Part shown: in pieces, positions 1 through 13,348 of the stretch
How positions within the stretch are numbered: the stretch's first letter is position 1
Layout: every line of letters starts with the position of its first letter
Assembly (NCBI RefSeq): GCF_963921235.1
Contig: NC_086118.1
Coordinates: forward strand, 28,584,001 to 28,648,000
Origin: Mobula hypostoma
Taxonomy: Eukaryota
Direction: 5' to 3'
Length of the DNA: 64,000 nt
Notes under the pieces: generated by a model
Database searches by the model: none
The model's input: only the letters and a program-made list of their open reading frames with translations
What the model was told of the DNA's origin: nothing
Translations under genes and position numbers: made by a program

Positions 1-1010
1 CGTTGCACAGACGTTGTGCACAAAGATTCTGGTTTCTTAAAGCTCTTTTCCTCTTTTATTTCCATAGGGTTTTCACAGGGATTATTTCAGATCACGGACT
101 TTAGAATAATAGAACGGATTTTATGTATTGATCATTTGTTTTAATGAGTTTTGTTTAGGTAGCATATTATATGCAGTTGTGAAAATCCAAACACAGACAA
201 TATTTGTCCAGTATAATCAAGGGTAGCTCTTTTTGTTTAGTACTCAGAACCTTACAAGGATCTTTTTTTTGGAGAAAATATCTTACAAATAGTCTATAGA
301 CTTGGAAAACTCTGATTAATGAATTAAAGTGTGCACATTTACTTGAGAAAACTTTGATACCATATCAGGGAAAAGGAGATACACTATTCAGGAAATAACC
401 TATTTAAATATAACGGCTTCTTATGTATGTTAGAGACTACAGGAAATGTTCTTATCTGTCATTATATGAAACTTTCACAGTGTTTCTATATTTCTTGTTT
501 TTAAGTTGTGTCTAGTCTGTGGTAAATGGCATCTTAAAGTTGGTAACAAGTCTTTTCAGATCTAACTGAAACATCTTTTGTGGAGGTTACTATCTAACCA
601 AATCTGACTGCGATACAATAACGGATGTTGCTGCATCTGATTCCATCATTTTTGCATGGTCAATAAAATGTTCTTTTGTTTCCCCTTACCTCAAAACTTC
701 TTGAAATTCCAATTAGCAAATGAAAAAGGTTAAAGTTATATTTTCAATCTTCTGAAATATCAAAGTTTCTCTTTCAGCTCCTTTTAACCCATAATTTTTA
801 AGTTGCTTGATTTTGAGTTTTATTATGCCCTGTGGAAAAACACAAACCACTTAACTGAGCTGTCACCAGTGAGCCTCTGTGTCTGCTTGCTAGTAACTGT
901 GTCTTATTGTTCTAACTTGTCGTAAATTATCTCAGATTTTTTTTTACAGCAGTTGGGTATTTATTCCAACTGTAATTTGAAAGTGTTTTTTTTCTCTCTT
1001 TATGCTGTAG

Positions 1011-1199
1011 GTGCAGAAAATAGCTCAATCAAAGCCAACATAATGTCAGAACATTCCCGAGATGGAGGCATCAAGCAGCCCATGCAGAACGAGAAGCCAG
1101 GCTCTGACCACTTTGGGTATGTGGGTATTGACTCCATTCTCGAACAGATGAGGAGGAAAGCCATGAAGCAAGGATTTGAATTCAATATAATGGTTGTAG
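1011..1199 (+). CDS. SEPTIN9: Septin-9 coding exon A (first in window; upstream exons lie outside)
   Basis: Pyrimidine tract + AG at 1009-1010, donor GTAAG at 1200; encodes ..MSEHSRDGGIKQPMQNEKPGSDHFGYVGIDSILEQMRRKAMKQGFEFNIMVV, matching SEPT9 GYVGIDSILEQMRRKAMKQGFEFNIMVV. Confidence 0.93.
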
Positions 1200-1477
1200 G
1201 TAAGAACCAAAGAATAATTTTCTTTCTTTATCCTTTTTTAATGTTTGAAATACAGCAATAAATGAATCTTGACAAGCTTTCCTGATTAAATGTCAGATGT
1301 AGTCCTGGGTGATTATTGCACTATAAGGTGCTCCACATAACATGCAACTTAAGTCACCAACATGCGAGTGAAATGTAATCAATTTCAGGCATTCCGTTCT
1401 CTTGCACAACAGTTTTCAAATACCTTTTATTACCAAGATATAGTTAAAAGATTAAGCAGCAGTTTAAGATGGATATA

Positions 1478-2627
1478 AAAGGCTTTGAGAGGTTGGTCAT
1501 AGCTAGAATCAACTCCTGCCCAAGTGAAGACCTGCACTGACTGCAATCTGCTATCGTCACAATAGGTCTACAATGGATGCAATCTCGCTGGCTCTCTATC
1601 CAGCCTTGGATCACTTGGAAATAGTATATTTGTGTCAGGCTGCTGTTTATTGAGTACAGCTCAGAGCTCAACACAATTATACCCTCAGTTTTAATCAAAA
1701 GGCTTCAAACACTGAGTCTCTATACCTCCTTTAGCAACGAGATCCTTGTCTTCCTGACCGAGAGACCACTGTCAGTGTGGATCAGAAGTTAAATCTCTCC
1801 CTTGCTGACAATGCTGGCACACCTCAAGGATGCGTGTTTAGCCCACTTGCTCTACACCCATGGCAGTGTGGCTAGGTACAGCTCAAAGCCGTACATAAAC
1901 CTGCAGATGACCCAACTACTGTTGGCAGAATTTCAGATGTTGATGAGGAGGTGTACAGGAGTGAGATAGATCAGCTGGTTGAGTGCTGTCACAGCAACAC
2001 CCTTGTACTCACAACAGTAGGACCATGGAATTAATTGTGGACTTCAGGAAGGGAATGTCGAGAGAACACATACCAGTCCTCATTGAGGGCTTAGAAGTGG
2101 AGTGGCTGAGCGGTTTCAAGTTCCTGGGTGTCAACACCTCTGAGGACCTATCCTGGGCCCAATGTATTAATGCAATTACAAAGAGGGTATGACAGCAACT
2201 GTATTTTATTAGGAGTTTGACAAGAATTGGCATGTCAGTAAAAGACAATATCAGATTTCTACAGATGTGCTGTGGACAGCATTCTAACTGATTTCATCAC
2301 CGTCTGGTATGGGGGATTGGAAAAAGCTGCAGAAAGTTGTGAACTCTGCCAGCTCCATCAGGAGCACTAGCCTCCTCATCATCCAGGACACCTTCAAAGG
2401 CCAGTGCCTCAAAAAGGCAGCACCTAATATTAAGGACCCTCATCAGCCAGGACATGCCCTCTTCTTATTGCACCCATCAAAAAGGAGGTACAGAAGCCTG
2501 AAGACACGTATTCAACATTCCAGGAACAGCTTCTTTCCCTCCGCCATCGGATTTCTGAATGGACAATGAGTCCATGAACACTTCCTCAGTAATTTTTTCC
2601 CTCTCTTTTTGCACTACTTGCTTAATT
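1478..2627 (+). mobile_element. Decayed Rex1/Babar-type LINE, 3' part; its tail resumes at ~9112-9231 after the L1 insertion
   Basis: ORF fragments ELIVDFRK..FKFLGV..SEDLSW and KKLQKVV..HPGHALF..RYRSLKT..NSFFPSAI, typical of the Rex1 RT C-terminus. Confidence 0.8.
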
Positions 2628-5600
2628 TTTTTTTCTTTTTCAATATTTTTGTTAATTTCTTACATAAAAGAATACAGAGTACAGTAGGATATATAATATT
2701 TATCAATTACAATATATTGGAATCACAAATATAGTCTCATTACCCCATATCTGTATACATTAAATTTAAATGTAATATTGAAAAGAGGTACTTATATTAT
2801 ACAAAAAAAATCTAAACCCACTACCAGAAAAAAATAGCTGTTTGGTTTAAAAAAGAAGGAAGAGATCCTTATATAATAAAACAGTTAGCCAACATCTGTG
2901 GTTAATAGCAGATCAAACATTTTGAAAATAATTCACAAAAGGTCCTCACAATGTTAAAAACTCTTGTCTAGGTTCAGAAATTGAACAGCGAATCTTCTCT
3001 ACGTTTAAGCATGACGTAACATCATTTAACCAATGAATATGAGTAGGCGGACTGGCATCCTTCCACGTAAACAACAATGTCCTCCTGGCTATGAGAGAAA
3101 TAAAGGCCAAATATGCAAATCATGTGATTCCAAAGTAATATCGTTTCCTCCAACAATACCAAATAAGGCAGTCAAAGGATTAGGTTTAAAATTTACTTTA
3201 AAAAGCACCGAAAAAGTTTGGAATACTTCCTTCCAATATTTTTCAAGACTCAGGCAAGTCCAAAACATATGAATTGGTGAAGCTTCTCCATTGTTACATC
3301 TATCACAATAGGGAGATATATCCAAACAAAAATGAGAGAGCTTATCTTTAGTCATGTGGGTTGTATGAACTACTTTAAATTGTAGAAGAGAATGAGGGGC
3401 ACAAAACGATGAGGTATTAAGCAATTTAAAAAATTCATTCCAAGTATCCTCAGAAATTGGAATCTGTAAGTCTTGTTCCCAGAGATTTTTGATTTTGTCT
3501 AAAGGAGTATTTCTCATTCCCAACAAGATACTATAAATATTAGATATATATCCACTATGGAAGGGTTTCAAATTAAAAACTGTATCAAGCAAATTCTTAT
3601 CCGAACTTTTAGGAAATGTATGTACTTGAAAACACAAAATGTCTCTAATTTGTAAGTATCAAAATAAGTTGGTTTTGGGTAGGCTATACTTAGCTGACAA
3701 TTGTTCAAATGAAGAGAGACTATCTCCAACAAACAAATCCTGAAAACATTTAATACCCAATCTATTCCATTCTTTAAAAACTCCATCAGTCGTAGAAGGT
3801 TTAAAAAAAAGTTAGAAAAAATGGGACTTGAAAGTGAAAAACTCAATAAACCAAAATACTTTCTAAATTGTACCCAAATCCTCAAGGTGTGTTTAACTAC
3901 AAAATTATCAGTTAAATTACTTAAAGATAAAGGAATTGAGGATCCGAGAAGAGAAATGATAGAAAATTTATTAACAGAATTAGTTTCTAAAGAAACCCAG
4001 ACCGGACATTCCTCTCGATTAATATAATATAACCAAAACGTAAGATTCCATGTATTGACTGCCCAGTAATAAAAGCTAAAATTGGGTAAGGCTAAACCTC
4101 CATTTTTTTTTAGCTTTTTGAAGATGAATTTTATTTAATTGAGAAATTTTATTTTTCCATATATAAGAAGATATAATAGAATACAGAGAGTCAAGAAAGG
4201 ATTTAGGAATAAAAACAGGTACGTCCTGAAATAAATATAAAAATTTAGGTAAAATATTCATTTTAATAGAATCAATTTGGCCAATCAATGATAAAGAGAG
4301 AGGTGACCAATTTGGTAGTTCCTTCTTAACATAATTCAGAAGTGTAAAAAAATCTTCTTTAAAAAGGAATTTATAATTTCTAGTAATTGTTACGCCCAAA
4401 TAAGTAAACTGATTTCTTACAATTTTACAAGGAAGGTTAGTATTAACTAATACCAAATTATTCAAAGGAAAAAGTTCACCCTTATGAAAGTTAAGTTTAT
4501 ATCCTGAAAACTGAGCAAAAGGTCATCAGCATAAAGCGACATTTTGTGAGTAATACCCCTCCTTAAAATACCAGTGATATCATTAGATTCCTGGAAAGTA
4601 ATCGCTAAAGGTTCTAAGACCAAATCAAAAAGCAAAGGACTCAAAGGACAACCTTGTCTGGTTCCATGTTGAAGTTTAAATGGTTTAGAATTCTGAGAGT
4701 TAGTAAGAACCTGAGCGGAGGGAGATAAATAAAGTAATTTAATCCATTGAATAAAATCAGGCCCAAAGTTAAATTTTTCGGAAGTTTTAAATAAATAATT
4801 CCATTCAACCTGATCAAAGGCTTTCTCAGCATTTAAAGATATCACACATTCCGATATCTCTTAAGAAGGAGAATAAATAACGTTCAATAAATGGCAAATA
4901 TTAAAGTGGGAGTATCGATTTTTGATAAATCCAGTCTGATCAGCAGAAATAATAGATGGCAAAATATTTTCAATCCTATGAGCCAAAAGGTTAGATAAAA
5001 TTTTAGTATCAACATTAAGTAAGGAAATTGGTCTATAAGAAGAACATTCAGATGTTTCCTAATTCTTTTTAAGAATAAGTGTAATAGAGGCTTCATAAAA
5101 AGGTTGTGGCAATCTACCTAATGTAAAAGAGTCTGAAAAGACTGAATATAAGTGAGGTACAAGCAAAGAGGAAAAAGCCTTATAAAACTCTCCAGAATAT
5201 CCATCAGGACCCGGAGCCTTCCCAGAGTGCAAAGATTGAACAACCTCAGCAATCTCCTCATAAGAAATGGGTTGATCCCGCAATTTTCGATTATCATCAA
5301 AAAGTGTAGGAATGTTTAATCAATCTAAGAAATTATTCATTACAGTATTATCTTTCAGAAGATCAGAACTTTAAAGTTTAGAATAGAATTCTATAAAAGT
5401 ATCATTTATTTCTAAATGATCAGATGTTTTATCACCATTAGCTTTATACATTTCTTTAATTTGGTGTTTAACTATAAAGGTCTTTAACTGGTTAGCCAAT
5501 ACTTAACTGACTTTTATCTTTTAAAAGTTGAGTTTCAATTGGATAAAAGCAGATCGTATTTAGTTTTAATTTCAACACGTCTTTTATATAAAGCAGGATT

Positions 5601-6196
5601 TGGTGCCAAAGCATATTTTTGGTCTAATTGTTCAACTGATTGGCTAATTCAATTCCGTCCTTATTAGCTTTTATCTTAACACTTGCGGTAAAAGAAATAA
5701 CGTGTCCTCTAATATAAGCCTTGAAAGCATCCCATAAAATAAGACTAGAAGTCTTTTCTAGTGTATTCTCTCCAAAAAAAGAGTAATTTGTCTCTCCAAA
5801 AATTTTTAACAATCCTTATCAGATAACAGAGTTGGACTAAAACACCAGAATCTGTTTATTTGGGAGACACCCGGAAGATTTAAAGATAAAAACACAGGAG
5901 CATGATCTGAAACAGCAATTTCTTTATATTCACAGGATCAAACCAAGGAAATCAATTGACTATCAACAAAAAAATAATCAATTCTGGAATATGTATGATG
6001 AACATGAGAAAAAAATGAGTACTCTCTATCTGTTGGATGCAAAAAGTGTCAATCATCAGCAATATCACATTTCATTAAAAAGAATTGGATAAAGGAGGCA
6101 GATCTACAAAAAGTCAATTGTTTAAAAGATGAGTAATCTAAGACAGAGTCTAAACAACAGTTGAAATCTCCTCCTACAACCAGAGAATACAGACTT

Positions 6197-7413
6197 AAAC
6201 GCAACAACAGGAATTCTGCAGATGCTGGAAATTCAAACAACACACATCAAAGTTGCTGTTGAACGCAGCAGGCCAGGCAGCATCTCTAGGAAAAGGTACA
6301 GTCGACATTTCAGACCGAGACCCTTCATCAGGGCTAACTGAAGGAAGAGTTAGTAAGAGATTTGAAAGTGGGAGGGGGAGGGGGAGATCCAAAATGATAG
6401 GAGAAGATAGGAGGGGAGGGATGGAGCCAATAGCTGGACAGGTGATTGGCAAAAGGGATATGAGAGGATCATGGGGCAGGAGGTCCGAGGAGAAAGACGG
6501 GGGGGGGGGAACCAGAGGATGGGCAAGGGGTATAGTCAGAGGGACAGAGGGAGAAAAAGGAGAGTGAGAGAAAGAATGTGTGTATAAAAATAAATAACGG
6601 ATGGGGTACGAGGGGGAGGTGGGGCATTAGCAGAAGTTAGAGAAATCGATGTTCATGCCATCAGGTTGGAGGCTACCCAGACAGAATATAAGGTGTTGTT
6701 CCTCCAACCTGAGTGTGGCTTCATCTTTACAGTAGAGGAGGCTGTGGATAGACATGGGATGTGGAATTAAAATGTGTGGCCACTGGGAGATCCTGCTTTC
6801 TCTGGTGGACGGAGCGTAGGTGTTCAGCGAAACGATCTCCCAGTCTACATCGGGTCTCACCAATATATAGAAGGCCACATCGGGAGCACCGGACGCAGTA
6901 TATCACCCCAGCCGCCTCCCAGGTGAAGTGTTGCATCACCTGGAAGGACTGTCTGGGGCCCTGAATGGTGGTAAGGGAGGAAGTGTAAGGGCATGTGTAG
7001 CACTTGTTCCGCTTACAAGGATATGTGCCAGGAGGGAGATCAGTGGGAGGGGATGGGGGGGACGAATGGACAAGGGAGTTGCGTAGGGAGCGATCCCTGC
7101 ATAAAGCAGAGAGGGGGGAAGGGAAAGATGTGTTTAGTGGTGGGATCTCGTTGGAGGTGGAGGAAGTTACGGAGAATAATATGTTGGACCCAGAGGCTGG
7201 TGGGGTGGTAGGTGAGGACCAGGGGCACCCTATTCCTAGTGGGGTGGCAGGAGGATGGAGTGAGAGCAGATGTGCGTGAAATGGGGATGCGTTTAAGAGC
7301 ATAGTTGATAGTGGAGGAAGGGAAGCCCCTTTCTTTAAAAAATGAGGACATCTCCCTCATCCTGGAATGAAAAGCCTCATCCTGAGAGCAGTGATAGTGG
7401 AGGAAGGGAAGCC
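6197..7413 (-). mobile_element. Penelope-like element, 5'-truncated (GIY-YIG endonuclease + terminal repeat), nested in the L1 endonuclease region
   Basis: GVIYCVRCSRCGLLYIGETRCRLGDRFAEHL (GIY-YIG), LEEQHLIFCLGSLQPDGMNIDF; L1 EN reading continues on both sides. Confidence 0.9.
6300..6335 (-). ncRNA. Degenerate minimal type I hammerhead ribozyme in Penelope terminus
   Basis: Minus strand AGCC-CTGATGA-AGGGTCTCGGTCT-GAAATGTC-GACT; substitutions in helices I and III. Confidence 0.6.
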
Positions 7414-8166
7414 TTACATCTGGTAAAAGCGAAAAAAAAGCATTCCAAAAAACCTGGATCATCTGTATTCGGGGCATACAAATTAGCAAAAACCATTAAT
7501 TTATTATCTAATTTCCCTGACACTGTAACAAAACGCTTATTGGTATCAGACACTACATTATGTTGAACATAAGAAACTGAATTACTACTAACTAATATTC
7601 CTTAAAAGAGAGGTTAGAATAAAAACTGCTGGAATTTATATTAAATCCAAACAATGAGCTTTAAGATCAAGTAACCAAGCAACAAATGAAGCTCAGAGAA
7701 TCAAACAGCTGATGGAAAAGAAAAAACCCACCCCCACCCCCTACCCAAAAATGAAAGTCAACCAAGGGGCAGTAGACAGCTAAACCTACCAACATTACCC
7801 TCCCAAAACAATCTACTGGCTGAGCTCCAAAAAATTTCCAAGGCCTACTGCATTCCAACAAGACACAACAAAAAACAGGGCAAAATTAAACCTATTAAAA
7901 AATATAGTATAAAATATTCAAAAGAACTAAGAAAATTCAGGACATATTAATTTGGAAAGTATTAACTCAATGAAAACTTACTAATGTTAAGTCCTTAATT
8001 TTCTAAGCAAAGAAATAAAAGTACAAAAAAATTAGATATGAAGGTACACCAAAAGTAAAAAAGAACAATTCTTCATAAAAGAAAGTAATGATCAGTTAGA
8101 CTGGGGTTCTAAAAAGAGGATCCATCAGGCAGACGCAACAGATTTATGTAGGGAATTATTGAACAG

Positions 8167-8979
8167 TTAAACTTCTGATACTGATTCGGAAATTAAGAAA
8201 TCGTGCACCTCTTGAGTCGAATGGAACCATTTCTGAGAGCCAATTTTCAAAATGATTCTAAGACGAGCAGGGTAACGAAGAGAGGGTTTAAAACCTTTAT
8301 TATACAACTCTGACATAACTTTTTTAAACTTGAAGCATTCATTCAACAACTCGCGTGAAAAATCCTCCACAATTCTGATCTTCTGGCCTTCATAATCAAT
8401 CATACCTTTCCGATGAGATTCACGAATTAAAAGTTCTTTTGTTTGAAAGTCATGAAGACAAATTATCACTGAACTGGGTCGTTCACCTGGAGGAGGTCTT
8501 GGTACTGGCGATCTATGAGCTCGGTCTATTTTAGGTAGAGATTTTAAAATATTCGGAAATAAATTAGCCAAAAGGTTTGCAAAAAATTTCGAAGGCTGAT
8601 TGCCTTCCATTAACTCTTTAAAACCCAGAATACGTAAATTATTTCTTCTGCTTCTATTTTCTAAGTCGATAATCTTCTGTCTTAATGTTTCATTAACCTT
8701 TGACTGTTTATCACAGATCTTTTCCAGGTCACCATTCTTTGCATTCAACATCGTCAAAGTGTCTTCATTCTGTTTTATCCGTTTATTGTGTTCACTTAAA
8801 GCTTTTTGAATGGGATCCAATTTTACATCCATTTGTATAAATTCAGCGCTGAGTTGCCAGAATTTCTGCTGGAACTCCTCCGAAAGTTCATTTTTATGTT
8901 TCTGAAGTGTCTCCATAGTAGATTCCAAAGTTACAGCAGAGTCCTCTTCTTTTTTAGTAGCTTTGGCACGACTCATCAT
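8167..8979 (-). CDS. L1 ORF1p (coiled coil + RRM + CTD), uninterrupted 270 aa
   Basis: DLENRSRRNNLRILG, IDRAHR, YPARLRI motifs of vertebrate L1 ORF1. Confidence 0.88.
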   Translation of the reverse strand: MMSRAKATKKEEDSAVTLESTMETLQKHKNELSEEFQQKFWQLSAEFIQMDVKLDPIQKALSEHNKRIKQNEDTLTMLNAKNGDLEKICDKQSKVNETLRQKIIDLENRSRRNNLRILGFKELMEGNQPSKFFANLLANLFPNILKSLPKIDRAHRSPVPRPPPGERPSSVIICLHDFQTKELLIRESHRKGMIDYEGQKIRIVEDFSRELLNECFKFKKVMSELYNKGFKPSLRYPARLRIILKIGSQKWFHSTQEVHDFLISESVSEV

Positions 8980-9489
8980 AAAACAATATTGTGTTTAAAA
9001 GTAAGTTTTCAAAACAAGTTGAAAACAGTAAATTAAGGATAGTAGGAATAACTATAAAAACGCTGCTACTCCATCAATAGCCAGTAGGTTTCTCTGACTA
9101 CTTGCTTAATTAAATTTTTTATATATACTTATTGTAATTTATTGTTTTTATTATTATGTAATGCTATGTACTGCTGCTGCAAAACAATAAATTTTATGGT
9201 ATATGTCAGTGATATTAAATGCTGATTCTGAAAGAATGTACTGGAGACGACAGACCAGAGCTTCCCTTAAGGCAATATTTTCTCCTTATGACAAAACAAC
9301 CTCATTTAGAAGCCATGCATGGGCAAAGGAAACCATTCTTCTCTACACATAGCAGATCCAAGCCATGAACCTTGATTGGCCATTGACTATCATTAGTATA
9401 TTCTCAGTGTACCTGATAGTCTGTTCAAAGTCAGAAGCTAGCTCCACCAAATTCCTTCTGACACAGAATAAACCATGTGAATCAACAGA

Positions 9490-9610
9490 TTAACCATAAG
9501 GTATAGGAGAAGAAGTAGAGACCATTTTGGCTTTGCTTTTTGAGCATGGCTGATTTATGTTTCCTTTCAAACCCCATTTTCCTGCCTTCTCCCTGTAACC
9601 TTACTAATCA
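9490..9610 (-). mobile_element. CR1 LINE 3'-end fragment
   Basis: Resembles the CR1 3'UTR copies at 59990-60420 (-) and 37340-37460 (+). Confidence 0.55.
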
Positions 9611-11616
9611 GTGAAATAGGATCCTTTTCCTTTTCCAAGACAATACATCTGATGATATCTTCAGACATACAGATTCATTGGACTGTATATTGGGATCGTT
9701 TCTACTATTGAGTTTTTAATCCCATCATTTAACGAGAATTTTCACAGCTTGTCATTTAATTTTTAGCTGTGCATGAAAAACAAGTAATAGTAAATTCCAA
9801 GCTGCACTATGTTATTGGGCTTGATTTAGATTGTCACCTGTGGGAAGTTGCACAGGTAGCATTCTAAACTGCTCAATGCATATGGATTTGCATTACATTT
9901 GATAGCATTGTCCCAAGTACCTTGCGAGCATCTGTTGATACATTCCATTGTATTGTGTGGAACTGATTTAAGAATAAGGAAAATGCAATTGTCTTTGTCT
10001 GTTTGACATTCTTTTTTGAACATCAGTGCCACAAATCTAATTTTCTAAAGTCATATCCTCTGCTTACCTCAGTGAGCAAGGAATTACAAGGTAATTGTCA
10101 GTGCTCCAGAGAATTTTTTCCATAGCAATATTCTAGGATGAGCATTCTTTATTTCCCAAAGACTTGATTGTTTTGAGCATGATTTTCCAGTCAAGTACTC
10201 CTTGATCTTGCAGTGTCTTTATTAGGAGAGAATTTTTTCTTGTATTTCTTCATTGAAAAGGACCAATATCCTAGAGGGAAAGTTTCCTAGTGCTACATAG
10301 GGGTTTATAATTGCAGGAGGCTAGAAGCCAGTGCACCAGAACAGTTAGTGGAGTGGTTGTAGAGAAAGATGTTGTTAAGCCTACGTACAAAGTCAGGACT
10401 CAAGAGGTTGAGCATAGTGAGACTAATGTTCTGAGATGTGTATATTTCAATGCAAGGCGTATTGTAGGAAAGGTGGATGAACTATGGCATGGATTAGCAT
10501 GTGGAATTATGATATTATAGCCATTAGTAAGACTTGGTCTTAGAAGGGGCAGGACTGGAAGCTCGGTCTTCTGGGGTTCTGTTGTTTTAGATGTGATATA
10601 CTGGGAGGGACTCAAGGAGATTACTAGTCAGGAAAAATGTCATGGCAGTGTTCAGTCAGGGCAGACTTTAGAGCTTGCCTAATGAGGCTTTATGGTTAGA
10701 ACTGAAGCATAAGAAATATATGACCATGTTAATAGGATTATATCACTAAAGATCACCGAACAGTCTGCAGGATTTAGAGAAGCATATTTGTAGAGATCGC
10801 AAACTGTTGCAAGAAACATAAGGCTGTGGTAGTAGGTGATTTTAACTTTCAGTATATTGATTGGGACTTCCACACTGTAAAAATGGCTGGATAGAAAAGA
10901 ATTTGTCAAATCTGCTCAGGAAAGTTTCCTTAATCAAAACATAGAAGTTTCAACTAGACAGAGAGGGAGAGCGATACTAGATCTCCTGTTAAGTAATAAC
11001 ACCGGGCAGGTGACAGAAGTTTGTACAGAGGAACACTTTGCATCATAATGCCATTAGTTTCAAGGAAGTAATGGAAAAGGACACGTTTGGTCCTCGGGTT
11101 GAGGTTCTAAATTGGAGAAGGTCAATTTTGAAGGTACCAGAAAGGATTTGGCGAATGTGGATTGGAATAGGTTGTTTTCAGTCGGATGTATACTTGTTAA
11201 GTGGGTGACCTTCAACAGTGAAATTATCAGAATACAGTGTATGTACCTGTCAGAATAAAAGGCAAGGGTAACAGGTTTAGGGAACCTGGGCTTTTGAAAG
11301 ATATTGAGGGCCCGGTTAAAAAAAAAGGAGGGTGCACAGCAGATGTAGCAGGCAGGATCAAATGAGGTACTTGAGTATAAGAAGTGTAAGAGAACACTTA
11401 AGGAAACCAGAGGGGCTAAAAGAAAGCATGAGGTTGATCTAGCATACAACGTGAAGAAGAATTCTAAGGGCTTGTACAGATATACAGTATTAAGAGTAAA
11501 ATGATGTCAAGGGATAAAATTGGTGCTCTGAAAGATCAGAGTGGTAATCAATGCATGGAGCTGAAACAGATGGGGGAGATCTTAAATGCTTTTGTTTGCA
11601 TCTGTATTTACTTGGG

Positions 11617-12008
11617 TGGTGGGTTGTAGATACATCTCCACCAAAGGGAGTGTGAGGTGCTCCTTTCCTCTACTAACTTGCACGTCACCCTTGGGTAAGG
11701 TGTAGCATCTACTTAGCAAAACCCCCTTCCCCCACTGCCAATCAGAGTCAGATGAAGCTATGGGAGTAAGTGGTGTATGGTTGTGTGAGCAGCTGGTGCA
11801 TATTACATGTTCTGGTTATGCAAACATGAAGGTAGGGAGACTGTCTCTGAAGAGTATTGATAGTGTCTGGGGTCACCCATCTTGTAAAGACACTTAACCA
11901 GAAGAAGGCAATGGCAAACTACTTCTGTAAAAAAATTTGCCAAGAACAAGCATGGTCATGGGACAATGATGATCTACATCGGACAACATGACACATAATG
12001 ATGATGAC
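11617..12008 (+). mobile_element. RTE-related non-autonomous element nested in CR1
   Basis: Imperfect TSD TTACTYGGG (11608-11616 / 12009-12017); GAAGAAGGCAATGGCAAAC motif resembling RTE/BovB-type ends; (ATG)n tail. Confidence 0.6.
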
Positions 12009-12723
12009 TTACTCGGGAGATGGATACAGTGAGCCGGACATAAGCATTGGGAAAGTTATTGGAAGATATTCTAAGAGACTGGATATATAAAGGGACCAGG
12101 GACTTGGTAAGGATAGTCAACAAGCTTTCTGCATGGTAAGTCATATCTATCCAATTTATAAAGCTTTTCAAGGAAGTTACCAGGAAAGTTGATGAAGGCA
12201 AAGCAGTGGATGTTCTCTACGTGGACTTTTGCAAGGCCTTTGATAAGTTCCCGCATGGGAGGTTGATCAAGAATGTTCAGTCACTTGGAATTCAAGATGA
12301 GGTAGTAAATTGGATTAGATTTTGGCTTTGCGGGAAAAGTCAAAGAGTGGTAGTAGATGTTTGCCTCTCTGACTGGAGGCCTGTGATTAGTGGTGTGCTG
12401 CAGGGATCGGTGTTGGGTCTGCTGTTGCCTGTCATCTATATCAACAATCTAGATGATATTGTGGTAAACTGAATCAGCAAGTTTGCAGATGACACCAAGA
12501 CTGGGGGTTGTACTGGACAGTGAGGAAGACTATTAGAGCTTGCAGCGGGATCTGGACCAGCTGGAAAAATAGGCTGAAAAATGGCAGATGAAATGTAATG
12601 CCAACAAATATAAGGTTTTGCACTTCAAAAGGACCTACCAGAGTAGGCATCACGTGGTGAGCAGTAGGGCACTGAGGAGAGTGGTAGAACAAAGAGATCT
12701 GGGAACATAGATTTATAATTCCT

Positions 12724-13348
12724 AAAGAAACATTTTATCAAATCTGGAATAAATGGATTGAATATATAACCCCAATGCGAGCAGACTTTAGATGACTCTC
12801 CTAATGATTTATATTGCTCTTCTCATCAACACAGTAATATTGCTAACGTAAGCACCCCTAGTCTAAATGTTTGTTGTTTTTTTTTGGAAAATAGAGAATT
12901 AACACAAGTAAAGGGAAAGATTTGGGAAAGGGATAAAAAAAAATGAAAAAATTAAGTAAATAAGTACATAGGGATTGGATAATTATGTCTGCAGGCAGGA
13001 ACAAGCACGAACAAATTGGGATATAAGCACCTACAATGGTTGGTATATAGGCTTGTATGCGACATTTTGGACCAGTGGAAATGGTCCAGAAGGGTTGTAC
13101 GGAAACTATTATTACCATTTTTCTTAACAACTAATTTCATTACTTAGCCTAATAGGGTAGATTTACCACAGTACATAATTATCTATTTAAATGTTTAGTT
13201 TGCTTTTATATCATCTCAATGTGTACTTAAGAATGTATAAATAATTGTAGTTTTATACATATAAAAAAATGGAAAAAGTTATATGTGTGAAAAAAGTACA
13301 TGATAATTGTGAACTCCTTATCCAAATAAAAATAAAATTAAAAAAAAA
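12724..13348 (+). mobile_element. L1 3' fragment nested in CR1
   Basis: FYQIWNKWIEYI-type ORF2 end, AT-rich 3'UTR, AATAAA + A-tail; CR1 sequence resumes afterwards. Confidence 0.7.

Larger units (their letters stand above)
2628..9096 (-). mobile_element. Full-length L1-clade LINE (ORF1, decayed ORF2, polyA), interrupted by a Penelope element
   Basis: 15-bp TSD ACTACTTGCTTAATT at 2613-2627 and 9097-9111; T-tract at ~2626-2641; ORF2 motifs GGDFN, KAPGPDG, AEKAFD, GTRQGCPLSPLLF, YADD, YLGV, C-terminal CDRC..HMFWTC. Confidence 0.93.

Noticed and set aside
953..1010. N-terminal part of ORF 953-1261, and similar extensions of ORFs at 18571, 21960 and 38381
   Set aside because: Intronic read-through around true exons, delimited by clear splice sites.
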